From NCBI GenBank assembly GCA_046563655.1, contig CM102283.1, positions 4,712,001-4,776,000 on the forward strand: a DNA stretch of 64,000 nucleotides. Direction: 5' to 3'. The notes beneath the pieces were generated by a model. That model was not told the DNA's origin. It worked only from the letters and a program-made list of their open reading frames with translations, and ran no database searches. Made by a program: the position numbers and the translations under genes. The stretch is from Yuukianura sp. NJ FZ-2021 (Eukaryota). This document shows positions 39,540-53,618 of this stretch, one piece after another. Numbering within the stretch: the stretch's first letter is position 1; each line of letters starts with the position of its first letter.

Positions 39540-41506
39540 ATGACCTTGTACTTTAGGAAACAACTCTCTGCCATGGTACTTCAAAACCAGTTCTGTTTTT
39601 CCCGATCTTGTTTTTGTTATTTAGGTTAGGTTAAGGTCATACCATAAGGTCTAGGTTAAGAAATTTCCTTTAGATACCGTAGACCAGTTCTGTTAAAATC
39701 AGTTGAAATTCGGAATCTGTTTGGTTCGGATCCAACTTACTCCGGAGTCGCCGACTAACTAGGCACTCCTTGAGTTCAACCTAACCCAACCTACCTCTCC
39801 TAAGTAAGTCAAAATAAAGTTATACAAACTCATTTGTTCCAAGGCCTTTATTTTACAAGTTCATAAGTGAACTTGTAACATTTGGTGCCGAAAGCGACCT
39901 CTCCTAATTCCAAAATACGTTTTGGTACCTGGAGAGGCGAACCAAAAATTAAATATTTTTCAATGCAAAATTAATGTTCGTTTTCAAATTGGTTTACGCT
40001 CCTAACCTATCTACGCTCATTTTCAAATGATTTCAGAAATAAAAAAAATAAAAACTCCCGTGACTACTTGCCAAAAAAGGAACCCTCATTTTAGTCGGAT
40101 TTGAAGAGAAACTTTCTCCATGCACCACTAAAGGTAACAACAAAATCATGTGCTCATTTTCTACTCTAATATTTTTAGTCCTTTTTTTAATTTCGGTTTA
40201 CTTATATTTTCAAAATTTCTTTAACAATCTAACTAAACCACTAGATTTTTTCAAAACCGTGCATTTTTAATGTTTCATTTAAATACATATATACTAAACG
40301 AGATTTTTTCCTACTTAACCTTTGAAGAAACTTTTAATCTACAACTTGCGTTTTTTTTTTAAAAAAAAAACCTAAAACAAAATTGGAAAAATTACACTTT
40401 ATATGTTTTTGAAACCTTTCAACAAGAATTGCAAAATCATTTAGCAAATTTGCCTATTTCACTTTCTTATGTGTTCATAAAAAATTGGCGGGTTGTTTTA
40501 TGTACAGGCTGTAGTTGCTCAGGATTTACAGTCAATTACTAGTCTATTTGCAAATTATTGAAACGAGTATGATGTGGTAGGGGGTAGGGGTAGTGTTAGT
40601 TTGTGTATTGTAGTACTCAATCGTAGTTGATAAACTGATGAGCTAAATATATCCTTTGTGTGGGGTGTATGGGGTAACGGTGTCCTTGCTTGTATTTGAT
40701 ATTATTGAAAGCTAACTGTCTGGTCGGTTTTTTTTTTAAATTTTCAGGCTAAGGGGACCTTAATGGTACGCCCAATAATTGAAAAACCGTGAAAAAAGCG
40801 ATGCTACCTCAGATGGGTTGATTTCGTTTGCGAGGTTGACAACCACTCTGGTGACCCCTAGCATTACCTTACACCAAAAGACTGGATTGGGGAGATCCGG
40901 TTCAGGATGGTCGAACAGTTTCAGAATGCAATTACCAACTGCCTGTTCAACGGGACGCAGACAGAATGGTTAGGCATTGAGCGTGGCGCTATTGAGGTGC
41001 TGCGTATTATTGCGCAGTTGTCTAGAGAAACTTTGGCGTTCAATCTGGATTTTCCCGAAGAAGGCCGCAAAGTTGCGACACATCGCTGGACTGATAGAAA
41101 TGAGCATTGTTCGCACTCGAAATGAGGTTGTGACTTTCTGAGTCGCTATCCTTGGTATCCACGAGAGGGTGTAAGGCAATTTATGTGACTTATATATATC
41201 TGATCTCATTATTGTAGTCATTATATAGTCATTATATTATATATAGCATTCCTATATGATTTTAATGAAGATGGGGATATAGTGCTTGATTTGTCTTAAA
41301 ATAATTTGGAAAGATACAAACTCATAATTTAGCTGTTAATTCTCTTATATGTTTGAGTGGTCGTGGCTATATTTAAAATAAAGTTAATCCATACCTTTTA
41401 GTGCTCTTGCGTAGGTTGATCCGAACTTTGTGGTTGCCTTATAGCTTTTTTATTTCTGTGCTCGGGGTCGTTGTTCGTTGGGCTATTTTTATGGTAAAAA
41501 ATTTTG

Positions 41507-41992
41507 ATCCGGTTCGAAGGACAATTATGTGACCTCTGGTGATGTGGATGAGTCGTCATAACCGTAACCGGAAGCACACCGATGACTCAGTGGAGCCTAT
41601 CTCGACTGTATAGCGGAGGGTACACTGATTCCCTCTGGGATGGTCGAATCTAGCTCTAGGGAACTCGCAGAGGTCCAAGACCAAGAAGGTGAACGTATAT
41701 CCTCCAGCACCAGATCAGGTAGATACACTTTATTGTGATTGCTCGGTTCAATCCTACAAGCACATAACCTATGATCTAACCTAGGGCCCTAGTAGATATA
41801 TCTTAGGGTACTACATGCTTACTTCTCCGGGCTCCGGAGGACTCCAGACAGGGCTCCTCTCTCTCTCTGTTGCACTCCCTTTTATGCTCTTCTGGTGTAT
41901 GTGCAACAGGCACCAGGAGCTCTTTCCTTATTTGGTAGGTAACTCGAGAAGGAGGAGAGGGGTGTGAGTCTCAGCCGTGCTGAGCGCTCACA
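41507..41992 (-). mobile_element. LTR (41528-41992) with PBS
   Basis: TGTGA...TCACA ends; minus-strand AATAAA and CATAAAAGG; followed by TTGTCCTTCGAACCGGAT. Confidence 0.75.
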
Positions 41993-42654
41993 TTTTGTCT
42001 CATTGTTGCAAATTAGTTAGTTATTTGCAAAGACTCATGCTACAATCAGTTCTACATTGTATGTCAAAATTAGAGTTCATTGGCTTATTAGTCTTTTGTT
42101 CAAACTCCATTCTAAATTTAGAATTGCATATTGCTCACTCGGCGTATGTCGAGTCCTTTAGAAAGAGCTCGGCCGCGACCTCAGGATTCTCACCCTTTTT
42201 CAAATCTTGAACTGAACAGAACTCTGCCGGTTTGCACACCGACAGAGGTCAACAACCTTCAAACCTTAACTTTCTGAAAATAAAAAGTTACTCTACTCTG
42301 CAAACTGCGAGTATCTCTTGCTGTAACAATCATTTTTCAGAACGGAAGACAGTGATACTCATTCTTGTTATCGGTGCTTGTGTGATAGTAGAAAGCAAAA
42401 TGAATTAGAGGTTCAAGAGTGTAGGTTATTTTGTGGTAGGCAATTTCTTTATGACCTTGACAGTGATGGGAATATATTTATTAATAGAGCCTGAATTACT
42501 GTAAATACATAAAAGCTGATTGCTTACCATTGCTTCAATTGTATATTGGTGGTATACCTGACATTTTTGTACTTTTTTGCATTGTTCGATGATCCATTTT
42601 GTTGTTGTTGTGCGTCTCTAGTCGTAGTAAAAAAAAATATTTTCCTTTGAAGGA

Positions 42655-43130
42655 ATCCGGTTCGGAGGATCATTATGTGACCTCTATCGGTATGGATGAG
42701 TCGTCGTACCGTCCAGAAGCACATCGATGACTCAGTGGTGATTATCTCGACTGTATGACGACGGGTGCACTGATTCTCCTTAAAATAGTCCCTTCTAGCT
42801 CCAGCTGACTCTCCTAAACTTAAGTCCAATAAAGTGAACACGCACCCTCCAGCACCAGATCAGGTAGACACTCTTTGTTGGGATGCCTCAGTTCAACCTA
42901 CAAGCGCTTAACCTATGACCTAACCTAGGCCCCTAGTATATGACACTTAGGGAAACTACATGCTTACTTCTCTGCTCAGGAGAACCCCAGACGCGCTCCG
43001 TTTTTCTCTGTTGCGCTCCCTTTTATGCTTTTCCTGTGCATCTGCAACAAGCACTGAGAGCCCTACCCATATTTGGTGTGCAATATGAGACAGAGGGGAG
43101 TGTGAGTCTCAGCCGTGGTGTGCGCTCACA
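42655..43130 (-). mobile_element. Second, diverged copy of the same LTR family (42676-43130) with PBS
   Basis: Colinear similarity to 41528-41992 (e.g. CCTCCAGCACCAGATCAGGTAGA, GTGAGTCTCAGCCGTG); followed by TGATCCTCCGAACCGGAT. Confidence 0.75.
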
Positions 43131-46100
43131 TGAGGAAGGAGGAGTGTTCCTCGACACATGTACTCATACAGACACAGTCTTCATCTCATCTTCCATCTAT
43201 AGAGTCCTACTTTTAAATTCTCAATTTTAGTAACTTCCAATCAGTTAATTATTAATAATGTAAAGTTTTTTAAGTTTGATTACAAATAAATCATTTAGTC
43301 AATTATCAATAAGTGTCTAGAGTCTGGCATTCCATCCAACATTTTTCGACCTCCTCTGAATTAATGCATTATGAACATGCATTCATTCTTGGCACAAACG
43401 GTGGATTAGTTAGATTAAATGGATTGATTAATAATAAAATGGCACAAATTATAATAAATACTGGAAAATCAGTGACGTTGACGTTAGTTCATCCTAAGTT
43501 TGTTGAGGAGCACAGGCCTTTAAGATTTTCAATTTCTCTTTTTGGAATATGACCAACAAGAGTTGGTGTGAAAACTTGGTTACAAATTGGAGTAGGTTAG
43601 AAATTAAAGTTAATAATATAAACGTTTTTTTAACGCATATATTGTTCCTATTCTTGTGCTTGATTTATTATTGGGTTTGGACTGCTTTAAGTTTCAATAT
43701 ATTTCACTTCACATTTCAAAAGAATTAATTACTTGGCTTGGGAATGAGCTTCCAATTCAACCAATTCGTCTAAACGTTTTTTTAGAGAATAGTTTTAATA
43801 TGCATGAGATTCAGCGACAATTTTCTGACCAGAAAATTTTAGTTTGTCACTTAATCAATTTTGAAAAGACAAAAGCAATTAAACAAAGTTCAAAGAATAA
43901 AACAAATCAAACTGAAAGGGAACGCATGCAAGAAGATCGGATCAGTGCATCCAAGGAATTTATACACCCAAGCAAACAAATATTATTTAAAATGACAAGA
44001 AACGCAACCAAGAGGATCGGATCAGTGCATACAAGGGGTATAATAACCCAAAGCAAGAATTTTTCTTTTCAAAATAAATCAAATTGCAACAGGAAAATAA
44101 TCAAATCAAAATAAACAAAAATGATAGTAATGGCCATTTAGTTAAGTCTAGGTTAAGTGACGCATAATATTCAGATCTCTCGTGTTCTAAAGATCAGACA
44201 CGCCCAATGGATCCATTTGTACAATCTGTACATAAAGTAGTAATTCCGTCTATGTTATGTAAGCTAATTAAAGTTAAATTTAGTTGGCCAAATTAGTAAA
44301 TTAAATCAAATTGAAGTTAGTGAGGAACTGGTTCAATTGGGACTTTATATGCCCCCTGTTCAGTTGAGGAGCGGCTATTCTTTAGAATTCTTGCATTTTC
44401 CAATTTTAAATGTTTCCGAAGATGCGATTTTGATTCCTGCTGAATTAAAAATTGCAAATATTATTTGTTTGGAAAATTTGCCAGTCGAGGATAACGTTAT
44501 GAATTTAACTGAGGAAATTAATGACGTTACTGAGAAAATAAACGTTTTGTATGATGAAACTCATGTGAAGAAATTTTTTTGCTCAAATTTGAAACGCTGC
44601 AAGGTTAGGAAACTTGTTACGTAAGTACCAAGACGTGTTCGCAAAACCTGAAGAAATTGGAAATATTACATGTTATCAACATAAAATTACGTTGTTAGAA
44701 AATTCTTCACCAGTAAAACGCTCCCCTTACCGCAAGGCACCTGATTTGGAAGAATTTGAGAGAAATAAAATAAAAGATTTACTGAATTTAGGAATTATAA
44801 CGTCCATCTCACTCTCCTTGGGGTTGTGGAGTAGAAATTGTTCGTAGAGGTCACAAAGACGGAGTTAAAACGGAACCGAGATTTTGCATCGATTATTGAA
44901 AAGTCAACAAGGTCACGGGGAAAGATGCACATCCATTACCTAACATCCAGTCTATTCTTGATTGGATTGCATCTAGTGCCAATAAGATTTCTACTTTGGA
45001 TGGCGGGAAAGGTTATTGGGCAATTTCTATGGCAGATGAAAGTATTCAACTTACTGCATTCATAAGTAAGTCAGTATAATTCGAATTTGTGCGACTATCG
45101 TTGGGACTATGTAATGATCCCGCCACTTATTCTCGCTGCTTAGCGATAATATTGATGGATTATTTGTGGACTTGGTTAATTAGTTATTTGGACGATATTA
45201 TTTTTAGTAATTTAACAATTGAACAGCATATTGAAGATCTGGAATTAGCATTTCAACGATTTCGCAAGTATGGACTAAAAAGAAGTGTGAAGAAGAGTCA
45301 TTTTTTGAAAGACAAGATTCGAATTTTGGGTTTTATAGTTTCAAAAAATGCCGTGGAAGTAGATCCGGAAAAAAGTAGAGCCATTTCCGAAATTAAAAAA
45401 CCATCAAATGTTAAAGAAATACAACAATTTTTAGGTACAGTCTGTTTCTTTCGAAGATTTATTTATAGATATTTTGATTTGGCCAAACCTTTGACTATGT
45501 TGCTCCTAAAAGATCAAAATTTTATATGGGAGGATGCACAAGATAAACCTTCTAATTCTCTAAAAAATGCTGTAGTTAATGCTCCTGTTCTTGTCATTAC
45601 GATTCAAATAAATCCATTGATGTCGCCACTGATAGTTCTGGATTTGGCGTTCTAGCGTCCTTACTTCAACCTGATAAAAATGAAAAGGAGAGACCCGTTG
45701 CTTTCTTTTCCCAAAGTCTCAATAAAACACAAGTTAAATATAATAAAACGTATCGAGAACATCTTGTTATTTTACAGGCTTTACAAGTTTTTCATCTGTA
45801 TATTGATTCCAATTTTTTTTACAATATATACAGATCATGAACCAATTTCCGAGTTAAATTTTGCTAAAAATGAATTCTTCTCGTTTAGCTAGATATGCTT
45901 TGATTTCACAGCAGTATGATTATAAAATTGTTTATCGAAAAGGCTGTTTTAACAAATTAGCGGATTGCTTGTCGCTGTTACCTCTTCCTGTTTCGTTTGA
46001 TGAAAAAGAATTGTTGACGATTGCTTCAGAATTATTGAAAAACTGGCCAAAAGGAGTGTAAAATCAAAATTTATTACTAAAAATAAAAAAATTTATAACA

Positions 46101-49100
46101 CAAAGTTTGGTTATTTGAGAACAGTCGTACCTAAAGTACCTATAGACGTCGTTGTCGAAAGTGCCACTTGCGGGTCAGGTCATGGGCATTGGGTACGCTC
46201 TCAGCGGGAACAAAACTGGAGGGGCCTCACTGGTTCATAATGGGAATGACAACATGGGGCTGGGTGCCTCAGGGGTTACACTACTGGCAGGTTTGTGTTC
46301 TTAATTTTAGATTATCCTTCCAGGGTGTCTGGTTTTTTTTGGTAATGTGGAAAACAAGAATGAAAACCTGTTTCGTTTTTGTTCAAACCCGGTTGTACGG
46401 TTTCTTTGTTTTAAACCAATTCCTCACAGTTTTATTTCGTTCCTATTTCGCGATGTACATAGGATTAGTGGGACATAATCGAGAATAAGTGCCATTCCTT
46501 TGTGGTGCATTTACACTACATTAGCAGAACATCTTAATCTACTACTTTCCGTTCATTTTCATGTTTTCCATCAATTTATTTGCCATTTCCAAATTCTGCT
46601 GTCTCTCCGTTATAGTTGCGCACCGTGTGAGTTACTCGTAGTTTGGTGTATTTTTTCTCTGCAGGTGGTGGGCTGCCTGGAGCTATTGTGCCGGAGTGCC
46701 TGGTGATGCAACGGCGGAGTTGATTGCTGAAATCGAAAAAGAAAACAGTCCATTTCAGCTCCTTCAACTGCTAGTAAGCCAGCGCACAGAAAAAGAATTG
46801 AAAACATTGGTCCGGGAAATTGGATCACAACATTCAATCACAAGAAGACAAGTACTCCAGATGCACCAATCAGGCATTGACTAAACACATTCCCCGACAA
46901 AATTCTGACTATTGTTAATTAATTCTGACTCACTATTAGTTTTGACCTGTTTCACGAATTTAGAGATATTTAAGATTTTAAAACAATATAATCATTAATA
47001 ACCGTTTAAATCTTTAAACTTCAGGTATGATGAATCTACCGGCGTCTCTCTTCCTCATCACTCTCTGTGGTGGTGGTTTCTCTGCAGTGGCAGCACCAAG
47101 CGGTCTGGCGAAGATTGGCGCTCCTCTACTTAACAATATTCTAGCGTCGTTCCTCGGACGTGTTCGAGCTAATAATGGTAACGAGTTCGCAATGAAAAAC
47201 TGATTCTCCTACAACGATGTTTATAGTAATAATCTAATGATGTCCATCATTAACGCCGCAGCAAACCTAAAGCAAACAGAGGAAGAGGCAAAATAAACGG
47301 AGTTGATTGAGACCGAAATTCACGAACACAAACAACAATTCTATATTCTTGTGGGGTGTTGATCTTTCTGCTAATCTTTTGGTACATTCATTACTTATAG
47401 AAAAAATAGTAGAGACATAAAAGAACTCAGTAGCATAGCAGCGATCGAAGAGTACGCAAGAGGACTTGCACTTAAATCTTTAAAGGGCCGTAGAGAGGGC
47501 GAGGAATAGCGCCGTCGACGAATTTTTCAAAAATTACAGATCTTATGTAATTTTCTTTTGAAAGGGTTAATGGATTATAAGCTCAGAGTAGATTAAGCAT
47601 TGGCTAGTATATTCCAAATTAAATTCATTCTGTTAATTACAAATATTATAGTACTACTATCCCATAAAATTCGAAAATCTATTCCCCAAACATTCATAAC
47701 TACAAACTTAACAAACAATTTAAATTTACGTAAATAGGATATTAATTAATTGAACCAAACATGTAATACTAATATTCAACCATTTTGAGCTCCATGGGCT
47801 GTGGGCCCCCAAGGAGCAATAAATCAATCAAAATCAAAAAACGTGGAAAACTCGAGACTTTCCTATTGTCGATCGGTACTGGATGAGTGCCCTCGGCATA
47901 GTAATTATTCCCTTACTGCCTCAACGTGTCCATTTTCCGCGGGTCTACGTTGACAATGCTGACAAAGTAGGGCTGAGGTCAGTCAACATGACCGCCAATT
48001 CTGGAATATGTTCATACATGACTCATACCAACATCCGAAAGATATTGCCGACTTTGATTATGAAGATTTTGTTCTGGACTATGAAGCGGACTTGGCCATA
48101 TACCGCCGACGCGCCATGCAAAGCTATCTAAGATTCTTTGTAACAGAACCCAACCCGAAGATGGTGAGTTTACTCACCTCCGGGATCTGTTCCACATCCA
48201 ACGGCAACAACCGCTCGACCTCGAGATCTTCTGCCGACCTTACAGTCGGCTCAAGGATCAAGCTGTCACCAAAATTACTTACGGTATTCCCCTACGTCTC
48301 TTCGTCAACGACCTCAGCTCTCCAAACTACTTTGACACCCTAGTGGACAAAAGCAAGATGGTCCACCTCCAATCAATGGCTAGGACTATCTCTCCCGATC
48401 TCATCGATAATATTTATAATAAAAGATTAATATAAAATTAATTATAAAAGATTATATTTATATAATATTTGAAAATTAGGACTAGCCAGTACTTTGCGGC
48501 TATTATAATCTAACAGGCTACTGGAAATGCAGTCCATTCTGGCCACCGCACTTGTGGCCACACTCCTCCTCTCATCCCTCCCTCTCTCGTGGTGCTCAGA
48601 ACACGTGACTGAGGAGGAAAAAGTTCAACGGCGTTGGCAAGTGCTTGTTGTACCTCGTAAAGTTAGATGTGCCTCACAGACCAAATGGATAGTTGCCGAC
48701 TGATCACTTTGCACTTTAAACTGTAGTTAGTGTAAAAAGAAAAGAGAATTGACCAAAACTTCGAACGCTTTCAGGTAAAGAAATTCCTGAAAGTAGATGT
48801 TGTATCAGAAGTTGCGAAAAACAGACTCTCGTCTTTTTGGCAAAAGGCGCTTCTATTTCAGCCAGTCTTTCTCTCGGTACGGCCTGAAAGTAGGTCACCT
48901 CCCACCTCTACGCTTACGCGTGGATGCGAAAGTGCGTGACTCCCTCCAGCCAAAACTACAATTTACCAACCGCACCCAAAACTGGGCGTTGGTCTGCTTT
49001 CCTATTATGTTCGCGTTCGCAAAACTAGGCCAAGTAAACCCCCCTTAGGAGAGAACCGTCTACGCTAAATGTTATACCCGAAGGTGCACATATGCCTCCC

Positions 49101-49330
49101 CGTGAGACTAACTGTCGAATCTAGAGAAAATATGAAAGAAAATATACTGATGGTTGCAAAAAAGTAGAATACTAAATTTGGCATTGCTAAAATTAGTGAC
49201 TACTTCAGCACTATCCTACACCCTACTATTTGCCGGCAATTGTATTAATTACTGCAAATTGGAAAAAGCTACTTTAGATGTTCTTGTTACTGTATCTTAT
49301 TTCTAATTCAAAGCGTAAATGAACGATAAC

Positions 49331-49446
49331 GCCGCCCGTTCCTTGAGTTGCTTGTATTAAAACTCCGCCCCTTCCTTGAGACCTGTTCCCTAAGACTCCG
49401 CCCAATCCTTGAGTCTTTTGCCATAAGGCTCCGCCCGTTCCTGTAG
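49331..49446. repeat. Four-copy 33-bp-period repeat with core CCGCCCNNTCCTTGAG
   Basis: Cores at ~49331, 49362, 49395 and 49428, with variable spacers. Confidence 0.8.
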
Positions 49447-50826
49447 TTCATTAGTACTATACCGGGAAGAGCCAGAGTGAAAAGTCATCAACAGGCCCTG
49501 GCTCGTGCTACCCCCGTAGCCAGGATGGGATGAAAAGTCATCTTGGAAGTATGGCAACACTGTAGGTGCGTATGCCCTATTCACCCTGGCTAAGTACTAC
49601 TATTGTAGACTCCAGTGTTGCCACTTTTTAAATATTTTACGCACTTTTTAATCCCCCTGGCCTATCAATGTCGTACACATGTGTAAAATGCAGTCAGCAT
49701 GCTATATGCAATTTTCATCTTCCATACACAGAGGAAAGGAAAAACAGGATCCACCACACCCAAGTGGTGCAAATTGTATTCAGTGTTGGTGGATATCCAC
49801 TTTTTCGACATTTCATTAACGGCTGGATATCCAGTGGGAGAAATGGACGAAATGGATTAATCCAAAGGGGCGGAGCTTCGCCCGCGGCATTTGAATTATT
49901 TAAATACAATAGGCTTAAAAACTGGAAAATATAGTACCTACAAAGTACAAACACGAAATAAATAAAGTTTTCAAATACGTTTTAAAAAACTAATTAATTT
50001 TACGGTGAGGGAAAAGTTTTTTGACCATTTCGTACGTTTAAATTTGAATTTTTTTGAATTTGGCGCTAAATTTTTGATTTCTTCCATCCACTTTTAGTTT
50101 CGTCCATTTGGGGCACATTTCTTCCAGTGGATATCCAGTGGAAGTGGCAATTAAGCCACTGGACGTTTTAGCATCCACCTTGTATGTTCTATTTTTCGGA
50201 TTTTTAGCGAATTTTATCTATCCCGTTATCAAATTTAACAGTTTCAAGTTTTCCGGTGCGTAAAGTGAAAATGACCTTAACCCCTGCTACACAGAATGTC
50301 TCTACGGGTGCAATTGACGTATACTTAAGTGAAAGTGCAAATTAAAGTACAGTGAAGCCATTACCCACTCTACAGCTTATACAAAGACCAATTTAGTCTG
50401 TGATTCGGACTACGTACGTTGTTAATTATGTGTACATAATTTTACCTAGTGAAAAGAAAAGAATCCCGAGGAAGCCAGTGAAAGTTTACATAAGTTTTAA
50501 CTTGTTTCTACGGAAACAAGATGGGGTTGTACTCTTTTAGCTGGCGGTCACTGTATAAGCAAATTCTATAAAATATAGCTTCCATGAACTATCAACTTTT
50601 CAGTATATTTTTGATGTTGATCAGATAAATTTTCTACTTAGATTTATTAAATTAATTAACATCGCCCATCTTCGATTTTGTTGCAACAGTTGGAGCCCCC
50701 CCCCCCCGTGATTTTCTTCTGCGGATTTTCGTCCAGAGTCACCTCAAACTTGCCACACGTGTTTCACTTAACGTGAAAAAAAATTTAACATAAATCACTG
50801 GTAGCAATTTAAATACCTTTGCAAGG

Positions 50827-53618
50827 TTACACGGAATTGAATCCCTTCTTAGGTGCTGGTACTCGTGCGAAAGTGCATCCTGGAGTTCGACAGTGAATAA
50901 TTTCTACGCGACACGTTTTACAAAGAAACTTTTTGCAAATTGTGCATCTTTGCCTTGCAGTTGTTCTTTTTCCTCTTGCACAAAAAGTGCAGTGTCCCCT
51001 TTGCGGCAGTACTTCTGCTTTACCAGTCGCACCAGCTACTGCATTAGCTATGCGAGACGCCATCGTCTCTTCTATCTGTACTTTCACGACTTTCTCGTAA
51101 CCAAGTTTTTCAAGAACCTGAAGAACATACGATCTTACGCCGGGGTTTCTTTCTAGTCTAGTTGACATTAGCGGTTCCATCAAGCCTTCAGAAAGGTTCC
51201 GCAAGAACGCCTTGCGATTCATACGCGAAATATCAGTCGAGCTGTTGTGCATCCTGAAAATAGTGTTAGCATTGAGTCCTGCAATGTCCAGAAGCGCATG
51301 AAAGATTTTCACTGGCCACCTAAAATGCAAAACTTTTTTTCGTTATTTTATGAATTGTTTCTTGGTATAGAACCTCATTTAGTGAGGGGTTGACACACTA
51401 ATGTGTACCTTGCAGTTTGCCTCTGACAGGAATATTTGGCAATCATTTGATCTGCAGTATCCACACCAGCTTTCGTCATGTTGTAGTCTAGGATCATTCT
51501 CGGTTTATATCGATGGTGTGAACTGATCTCAGCGGAATGATGCTGAGTTGACAGGAGTAGCACGGTTCTGTTCTTTTTTGGGACATAAGAAACCTACACC
51601 ATAAGAAACAATCCTAAAAAAGTATTCGTCAAAAATACTGTATATTTTTAAATTCAGACCAAATGCATCTACGATTACAAAATATAAAAAACGCTCTTAT
51701 TACCATCGTAAAGTCTCCTTGGAACGCAAATACTGAAGAAAGCTCTTCTCTTCCTTTGGGATCCACAAACTTCGGAATGACATCCATACGTTTGTGATTG
51801 AGTGTCCCAAGCATTGACATCTTTTGCTTAATCAGTTCTTCACCTAGGGCTTTCGACGTAAAGAAATTGTCCATCGTCACTCCACGTCCAGAACCAAAAT
51901 ACTTCTTAACCAAATTCAAAACAACTTTTCTCCCATGTTCTCTTTCCGTTTTGCCATCAACTTTCCCTTGATAAAGTGAAATCTTCAAGACGTAGCCGGT
52001 TTCAACATCGCAAACAGCCCACAACTTCATTCCAAACCTTAATACCAAAAAATAATCTATTAAACTTTTCATCAATAGTGGGTATACGACTTACTTTCCT
52101 GGCTTCGACTTCATGTAAACTCGAAACTTGGCACTCCCTCGAAATTTCACAAGCATTTCATCCACAATGAGTGTGTCGTAGGGACGCAAGTGTTTTTCCA
52201 TGTTTTCTACAAAAGGCTCAAATACTTCAGAAATGTAAGAATACTTGGATTCCTCGTCTTCCTCGGCTTCGTGTTCTTTTGTTTTGGACATGCGTGCTAC
52301 CTTGTCATCAAACCTTAGAAAACTGTTGATTGATCTGAATCTGTTACTGGCCATCGTGGCCGCAATAGTGGGAGTAGAACGTAGCTCTTCTGATGACCAC
52401 GCTTCAGTATAAGATGTATTGCTGAAAATAATGTGAAAACGGATTTTACTTTCTTAACATCGCTGCACTAATACTATTGTGCACTTTGTGTGTCCAATTC
52501 TCACAACTTTCTGAAAAGATCTTAGGTAATTTAATTGAACTAAGGTTCAGTAAGTAGTTCAAACAACCCTTGGTACATATCTAGAACATATTTAGTACTG
52601 CAGGTTCTAGAACTAAAAAAATGGCTTGATTACTAACTATCTTTTACAATTTTGAAAGCAATATAAAAAGACAAAGAACAGTACGCTCACTCAATAACTT
52701 TTTTGTTTGAATTTTCGAAAAATAACATTTTTTCTGAATAAAATTTCACATGCTTTCTTATAATTCGAATTCTGGAAATTTAAAAGTTAGAAACTTGCAG
52801 TCTGTATCCAACTCTTCATTGGCGTAGGCGTTTCATAATAAGGGTGTACTGATTATAATTTTTAAAAAGTCTTGAGCGAGGTCTATGTGTATAAGCAATG
52901 CAATTTCAAAAAAATCCGAATTTCCGTTAACTTAGCAAGTGCAAAGTTAGTACTTGCGTTATATATGAGATAAGGAATTTTATTTTCTAGTTAGCTAATG
53001 CTTACCGTTTGTTGTCGGCTCCCAAATAAAGGAGGATCCCGATGTAGGCATACATTTCATCAATGGTGATAGGCGACCATTCTACCACCACACCCGCTCC
53101 GTTTTTCTTCTGCTTCTTTTTCAATACATATGTGGCATAGGCGTTTGTATGTTTGACAATGGTTTCGACGATGGTCGGTGGGAACATCAGTTTAAAAATC
53201 TCAGTTGGAGTCAGAGTAGTGTCCTTGGCAGGACCCACCAAACCGCCTTTCTCTCGGAGAATTTCATACGCCCTTGTCTGTCTGATTTGGTTGGGTTCCT
53301 TGGTTGTCCAAATAGTTTTGTCTTTAGCAGTGAACGTTGCTTCCTCTTGAATTACTTTCACAAACGTATGCTCCGGCTTTTCGTATCTAGAAATGGGGCG
53401 ACGAGAATGTTTGGGTTTGAAAGTGTGTTTCTTGCAAAGTTCTGAAATAGAGACAGTGTCCTCAGCATCTTTGTTTTGATTGGCGTCTGGTTCTTGTTCG
53501 TCCGAATCGCTTTCGCTTGATGTGGATTCGAGTGCATCACTTTTTGAATTATCCAGGATACAATCGGAAGCGGAACCATCGTCTTTATCATCGTCAAATT
53601 CTTCCCCAGAATCCGCAA
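50827..53618 (-). CDS. piggyBac-family (PGBD) transposase, intact; exons 53618-53006, 52421-52095, 52037-51704, 51593-51409, 51319-50827
   Basis: IVDEMLVKFRG, YMKSKPGK|FGMKLW, MDNFFTS, YNMTKAGVDTADQM, R|WP, C-terminal CTFC..CTIC..CKTC; all four introns are GT-AG and phase-compatible; no stops. Confidence 0.92.

Larger units (their letters stand above)
39615..46080 (+). mobile_element. Decayed Ty3/gypsy LTR retrotransposon: 5' LTR 39615-39880, PBS, pol remnants 43313-46061, with nested insertions
   Basis: TGTTA...TAACA LTR with AATAAA; PBS TGGTGCCGAAA (tRNA-Phe-like); protease IINTGKSVTL; PVKRSPYR; RT LGLCNDPATY and YLDDII; RNase H IYTDH, RLARY..YRKG..ADCLS; many frameshifts; no integrase or 3' LTR seen. 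Confidence 0.85.

Noticed and set aside
49331-49446. CRISPR array
   Set aside because: Eukaryotic context, only four degenerate units, ~14-nt spacers, no cas genes
49781-50180. Complete MITE with TGGATATCCA repeats
   Set aside because: Left end CAGTGTTGG and internal palindromic motifs are present, but no right TIR or TSD could be identified
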